A stretch of DNA of 64,000 nt from Candidatus Kapaibacterium sp. (lineage in GTDB: Bacteria > Bacteroidota > Ignavibacteria > Kapaibacteriales > UBA2268). The DNA lies in the NCBI GenBank assembly GCA_963665665.1, contig OY762428.1, positions 4,352,001 through 4,416,000 on the forward strand, read 5' to 3'. Both the position numbers and the translations under genes were made by a program. The notes under the pieces were generated by a model that was not told the origin of the DNA, made no database searches, and saw only the letters and a program-made list of their open reading frames with translations. Positions 60,029 through 64,000 of the stretch are shown here, piece by piece. Every line of letters starts with the position of its first letter. Position 1 is the first letter of the stretch.

Positions 60029-61307
60029 TGTAGCCGGGGGAAGGACAAAGAGACTAATTGTTAATATGCCTCCCAGACATGGTAAATCAGAGCTTATATC
60101 AAGATATTTTCCGGCATGGTATCTCGGCACCTATCCGGATAGAAGGATTATTCTTGTTTCGTATGAAGCAGGCTTTGCAGCATCATGGGGAAGGAAGACA
60201 AAGGAACTATTGGAAGAACATGGAGAGGATCTATTCGGTATCAAGCTTAACAGGCTTTCGAATTCAGCATACAGATGGGATGTTGCAGAACACGATGGCG
60301 GGCTCAATGCTACTGGTGTCGGTGGCGCTATTACAGGTAAGGGAGCAAATGTACTAATCATTGATGATCCTGTCAAAAACGATGAACAGGCAAACAGTAA
60401 GACATACAGGGATAAAACCTATGATTGGTTCAGGGCAACAGCATATACAAGGCTGGAACCGGGCGGAGCTATAATTGTTATAATGACACGATGGAATTTT
60501 GATGACCTTGCCGGAAGATTGCTTAACGATCCGGAATCAGATGATAAATGGGAAGTGATAGATTTTCCGGCAATAGCAAAAGAAGATGATATCCTCGGAA
60601 GGAAAGAAGGTGAAGCATTGTGGCCGCTAAGGTATTCACTTAAGAAGCTTCAATCTATAAAAAAACAGATAGGTTCTTACTGGTTCAATGCTCTGTATCA
60701 GCAGCAGCCGATTGCTTCAGAATACCAGATATTTAAAAGCCAGTGGTGGCAGGAATATTTGGGATTACCGGATTATTCTATTCTGATACAATCCTGGGAT
60801 ACCGCATTCAAGGAAAAGGAACAGAATGACTTTTCAGTTTGCACTACTTGGGCTTTAACTAAGAACGGATATTATCTGGTTGATTACTGGAGAAGCAAAG
60901 TTCTTTTTCCGGACCTCCAAAGACAGGTTGTCATGCAGTATAATAAGCACAAACCGAATGTAGTTCTTATCGAGGATGCAGCAAGCGGACAAAGCCTTAT
61001 TCAGGTTCTGCAGAGGGAAACAAAGATTCCTATCAAGGCGGTTAAAGCTCTCAGGGACAAAGTAACAAGGGCTCATCTGGTAACACCGCTGTTTGAAGCA
61101 GGTAAGATATTTGTTCCAAAGGATGCCGTCTTTCTTGCAGATATTATCAATGAATGCTCTGAATTTCCTTATGGTAATCACGACGATATTGTAGATTCAA
61201 TCACACAGGCTCTTGATTTCTTAAGAAAGAGAGCAGGCAATTCGAAACCGATTAAACTAATGAAAAATGTTCAGCACAAAAGAGAAAATTTCTTCACCAC
61301 TTACTAA
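59862..61307 (+). CDS. terminase large subunit (start uncertain)
   Basis: MPPRHGKS Walker A, IIDDP Walker B, QSWDTA nuclease motif, FPYGNHDDIVDS. Confidence 0.95.
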   Translation: MTKKLQRSLLNTSLALETHAWETLKTASPATMAMHLSDGKYLIAPHINILNKKLLDVAGGRTKRLIVNMPPRHGKSELISRYFPAWYLGTYPDRRIILVSYEAGFAASWGRKTKELLEEHGEDLFGIKLNRLSNSAYRWDVAEHDGGLNATGVGGAITGKGANVLIIDDPVKNDEQANSKTYRDKTYDWFRATAYTRLEPGGAIIVIMTRWNFDDLAGRLLNDPESDDKWEVIDFPAIAKEDDILGRKEGEALWPLRYSLKKLQSIKKQIGSYWFNALYQQQPIASEYQIFKSQWWQEYLGLPDYSILIQSWDTAFKEKEQNDFSVCTTWALTKNGYYLVDYWRSKVLFPDLQRQVVMQYNKHKPNVVLIEDAASGQSLIQVLQRETKIPIKAVKALRDKVTRAHLVTPLFEAGKIFVPKDAVFLADIINECSEFPYGNHDDIVDSITQALDFLRKRAGNSKPIKLMKNVQHKRENFFTTY

Positions 61308-61313
61308 ATAGCT

Positions 61314-62759
61314 ATGGGAATAATCAGTAAACTAAAAGGAATATTTGCAGAGAAGAAGGATGTGAAAGAATCACGTCCCTATCCTCTTGGTGTCATTGCC
61401 AGCAGGCAGGCATTTTCTTATTCGCTTCTTAATGAGATCCTGCCGAATCCGGATTTGATCCTGAAAAAGAATGACGAGACTTTAGAGACATACCGGAATT
61501 TCCTTTATGATGCCCATGTAGCAAGCTGTGTGCAGTCCCGTAAAGCCGGTATCCTCAGTATGGAATGGGAAATAAACCGGGGAGCAAAGAAAAGTCGTGA
61601 AGCAGAATTTATCGAAAATATTTTCAATGATCTGAATATCCGGCAGATAATTAATGAGATTCTTGATGCCCCACTATATGGATTTAAGCCTCTTGAAATC
61701 TACTGGGGTGAATCATATGGCATGATCGTTCCCAAAGATGTTAAAGGCAAGCCTTCATGGTGGTTTTTCTACGATACTAATAATATGCTTCGGTTCAAGG
61801 ATAAGAGCAAACCGTTTGGAGTTCTGATACCCAATAAAAAGTTTCTTGTTGTTCAAAGCAATGCAACCTATGATAATCCTTATGGGGATGCAGTACTAGC
61901 CAAATGCTATTATCCTGTGATTTTCAAAAAAGGTGGAATGAAGCTTTGGTCAATCTTTACCCAGAAATATGGAATGCCCTTTCTGCATGGTAAGATCGGA
62001 TTAGGCAAAGGGCAGGAAGAAGCTTACGAGTTATTCAATGTATTGGAGAAGCTGCAGCAGGACGGTATAGCCATAACCGAGGAAGAGGTTGAGATCGATA
62101 TCCTTGAATCTTCAAAGACAAGCTCGTCGGATATATACAGGAACCTGCTTCACTTCTGCAATGCGGAGATTTCCAAGGCTATTCTTTCTCAGACATTGAC
62201 GACGGAACAGGGGGATACCGGCTCTTATGCAATGTCACAGACACATCTGCAAGTTAGAAAAGATGTTGTGGACTCAGATAAACAGCTTGTAGAAATATGG
62301 ATGAATAAGCTTATAGAGTGGATCATTGAATATAATTTCGATTCAGTCTCAGAGATGCCGAAGTTTGTCCTTTACGAAGAAGAAGATGTCGATATGACGC
62401 TTGCCCAGCGTGACCAGACTTTGGCTTCTACCAATCAGATAACATTTACGAAAGAATATTTCAAAAGGAACTATGGTTTTAAAGATGATGAGATTGAAGT
62501 AGGACAAAAAGATTTAAAGGCTGAGTTTTCGGAAAATCCGGATTATGGTATTACAAATTTAAGCCAGTTCGATGAACTTACTCAGGAAGTCATTAAACCG
62601 ATCCTGAAAATGATCGAGCAGAAAAAGACTTTTGAAGAAATTCAACACGGTATTGTAAAGCTTTTTCCTGACCTTAATACTGTACAACTTGAAGATTATC
62701 TGGCAAAAGCAATTCTTATTGCTTCCGGTAGCGGAATAATTGAAGCAGGAAGCATCTGA
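61314..62759 (+). CDS. portal protein (Mu gp29/DUF935-like)
   Basis: DAHVASC..SRK, NPYG, KYGMP, EISKAILSQTLT...GSYA....H. Confidence 0.9.
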   Translation: MGIISKLKGIFAEKKDVKESRPYPLGVIASRQAFSYSLLNEILPNPDLILKKNDETLETYRNFLYDAHVASCVQSRKAGILSMEWEINRGAKKSREAEFIENIFNDLNIRQIINEILDAPLYGFKPLEIYWGESYGMIVPKDVKGKPSWWFFYDTNNMLRFKDKSKPFGVLIPNKKFLVVQSNATYDNPYGDAVLAKCYYPVIFKKGGMKLWSIFTQKYGMPFLHGKIGLGKGQEEAYELFNVLEKLQQDGIAITEEEVEIDILESSKTSSSDIYRNLLHFCNAEISKAILSQTLTTEQGDTGSYAMSQTHLQVRKDVVDSDKQLVEIWMNKLIEWIIEYNFDSVSEMPKFVLYEEEDVDMTLAQRDQTLASTNQITFTKEYFKRNYGFKDDEIEVGQKDLKAEFSENPDYGITNLSQFDELTQEVIKPILKMIEQKKTFEEIQHGIVKLFPDLNTVQLEDYLAKAILIASGSGIIEAGSI

Positions 62760-63490
62760 TGAACTATTTCGTGGAATATTATAAGTCATTCGGGAAACTG
62801 CCTACATATTCGTTTGAAAGCCCTTTTGATGTATCCTTTAAGCTCCCACCTGCAAAAGCCCTGGCGTGGTTGAAAGAAAGAGGTAAAAATCAAAAGCTAA
62901 GTATCGACTGGGATGAACTTGATGCCGAAGCTCATGACAAAGCTTTTACTGTGGCTAAAGTTCTATCTGCTGATATTCTTCAGCTTATTTACGATCATGT
63001 AGAAAAAGCCAAAGAAGAAGGTCAGACTTTGAAGCAGTTCAGAGAAGAACTTTTACCAAAGCTTCAGAAATCCGGCTGGTCAGGAGCTTCTCCCTCACGT
63101 CTGAAAGTTATTTACGATACAAATATGCAGATGAGTTATGCTAAGGGTAAGTATCGTCAACAGAAGCTTATAGCCAATATATATCCTTTCTGGAAGTATA
63201 AACAGATCCAAAGGGCAACAAAACGGCACGACCACAGCCTTCTTGATGGCAAAGTATTCAAACACGATGATCCGATCTGGGATTTAATATATCCTCCTTC
63301 CGGATTTGGATGTAAATGTTCTGTTGTGCCAATTAAAGATGGCAGTAAAGCAGAGAAAGGTTCTGATTATTTGCAGCAGGTGAAGGATAGCGGAGAGTAT
63401 CAGTTAACACCTTTAAAAGCATGGAAGCCTGAGACAGAGGTTTATGTTTCCGGGATCAGAGATCAGTTGAAGGGAATGCTGAAAATATGA
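62759..63490 (+). CDS. Mu gpF-like minor head morphogenesis protein
   Basis: AFTVAK, RLKVIYDTNM..SY..G, H..LDGKVF..DDPIW...PP.GFGCKC. Confidence 0.9.
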   Translation: MNYFVEYYKSFGKLPTYSFESPFDVSFKLPPAKALAWLKERGKNQKLSIDWDELDAEAHDKAFTVAKVLSADILQLIYDHVEKAKEEGQTLKQFREELLPKLQKSGWSGASPSRLKVIYDTNMQMSYAKGKYRQQKLIANIYPFWKYKQIQRATKRHDHSLLDGKVFKHDDPIWDLIYPPSGFGCKCSVVPIKDGSKAEKGSDYLQQVKDSGEYQLTPLKAWKPETEVYVSGIRDQLKGMLKI

Positions 63491-64000
63491 TAAAGCAGGA
63501 AATAATTGATAATCTGAATCATACCTTCCGGGAAATCAGAAAGCAGTACGATGATCTTTCGCCGGTATTGGAAATGGTTTCTGCTTTAATAGACCGGGCA
63601 ATAACAGCGAACTTTGATGCTCACGGCCGCTGGGATGGTGATGAAACCAATATCGGCTTATTCTCTGGAGGTTCTCAGAAATGGAAAGCACTTGCCGGCT
63701 CAACTAAGTCATCCTATGAAAAGCATGGCTACGAATTGCAACCGACCTTAAACAGGACAAAAGGCTTAATCTCCTCAATTGAAGTACGCCCACAAGGAAA
63801 ATCCTCTGTAATCATATCTGCAAACGCTCCCTATGCAGCAATCAACAATTACGGCGGCACAGTAAAACCTTCAATAACAATCACTCCTAGAATGCGAAAT
63901 TTCTTCTGGTATAAATTCTATGAAACCGGCCTGGTTTCCTGGAAGGCAATGGCTCTCACAAAAAAGAAAAAGCTGGAACCTGTCATTGAGATTCCAGCCC
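63487..64000 (+). CDS. Mu gpG-like virion morphogenesis protein, 3' truncated by window
   Basis: ATG at 63487, open to the end: ...NFDAHG...WKAL...L.RT.GL..S...NAPYAAINNYGG; follows gpF as in Mu. Confidence 0.8.
   Translation, partial: MIKQEIIDNLNHTFREIRKQYDDLSPVLEMVSALIDRAITANFDAHGRWDGDETNIGLFSGGSQKWKALAGSTKSSYEKHGYELQPTLNRTKGLISSIEVRPQGKSSVIISANAPYAAINNYGGTVKPSITITPRMRNFFWYKFYETGLVSWKAMALTKKKKLEPVIEIPA

Larger units (their letters stand above)
24954..64000. mobile_element. prophage adjacent to the tmRNA 3' end, with Mu-like head genes and a non-contractile-type tail module; extends beyond the window
   Basis: Terminase, DUF935-like portal, gpF, gpG, protease, capsid, gp36/gp37-like adaptors, lysis and tape measure genes; begins directly after ssrA; no integrase or sheath gene seen in the window. 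Confidence 0.88.

Noticed and set aside
24954-64000. Calling the element a transposable Mu phage
   Set aside because: No transposase or Mu-type end was identified in the window; only the head genes are Mu-like.

Overview
The window has two parts. Bases 1-~24950 are housekeeping chromosome of an FCB-group bacterium (Ignavibacteria/Kapabacteria-like, inferred from a T9SS C-terminal domain, TAnnTTTG-type promoters and the tmRNA tag ADNNYAMAA): mscS end, corA, recX-recA, peptidases, transporters, mtnP, purA, a TetR/TolC/HlyD unit, a sensor kinase, dacB and tmRNA (ssrA), plus two in-phase 21-bp tandem arrays and REP-like repeats. From the tmRNA 3' end to the window end lies a prophage: an Eco57I/BpmI-type restriction-modification locus with an HTH controller, then virion genes split into two divergent arms (leftward: protease, decoration protein, capsid, adaptors, lysis, fibres, tail, tape measure; rightward: modification cluster, terminase, Mu-like portal, gpF, gpG). 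The most notable structures are: (1) a phage-specific promoter motif with exactly conserved spacing at five sites, four of them directly beside an inserted AT-rich accessory gene; (2) heptamer-repeat hairpin elements, one carrying a four-helix-bundle gene and two empty, placed at stop codons and ribosome-binding sites; (3) a SAM-MTase / PAPS-reductase (IbrA-like) / unknown / beta-class MTase / ParB (IbrB-like) cluster in front of the terminase; (4) attC-like gene cassettes captured inside the virion module; (5) a -1 frameshift tail chaperone. All calls are from reading motifs by eye; no database searches were run.
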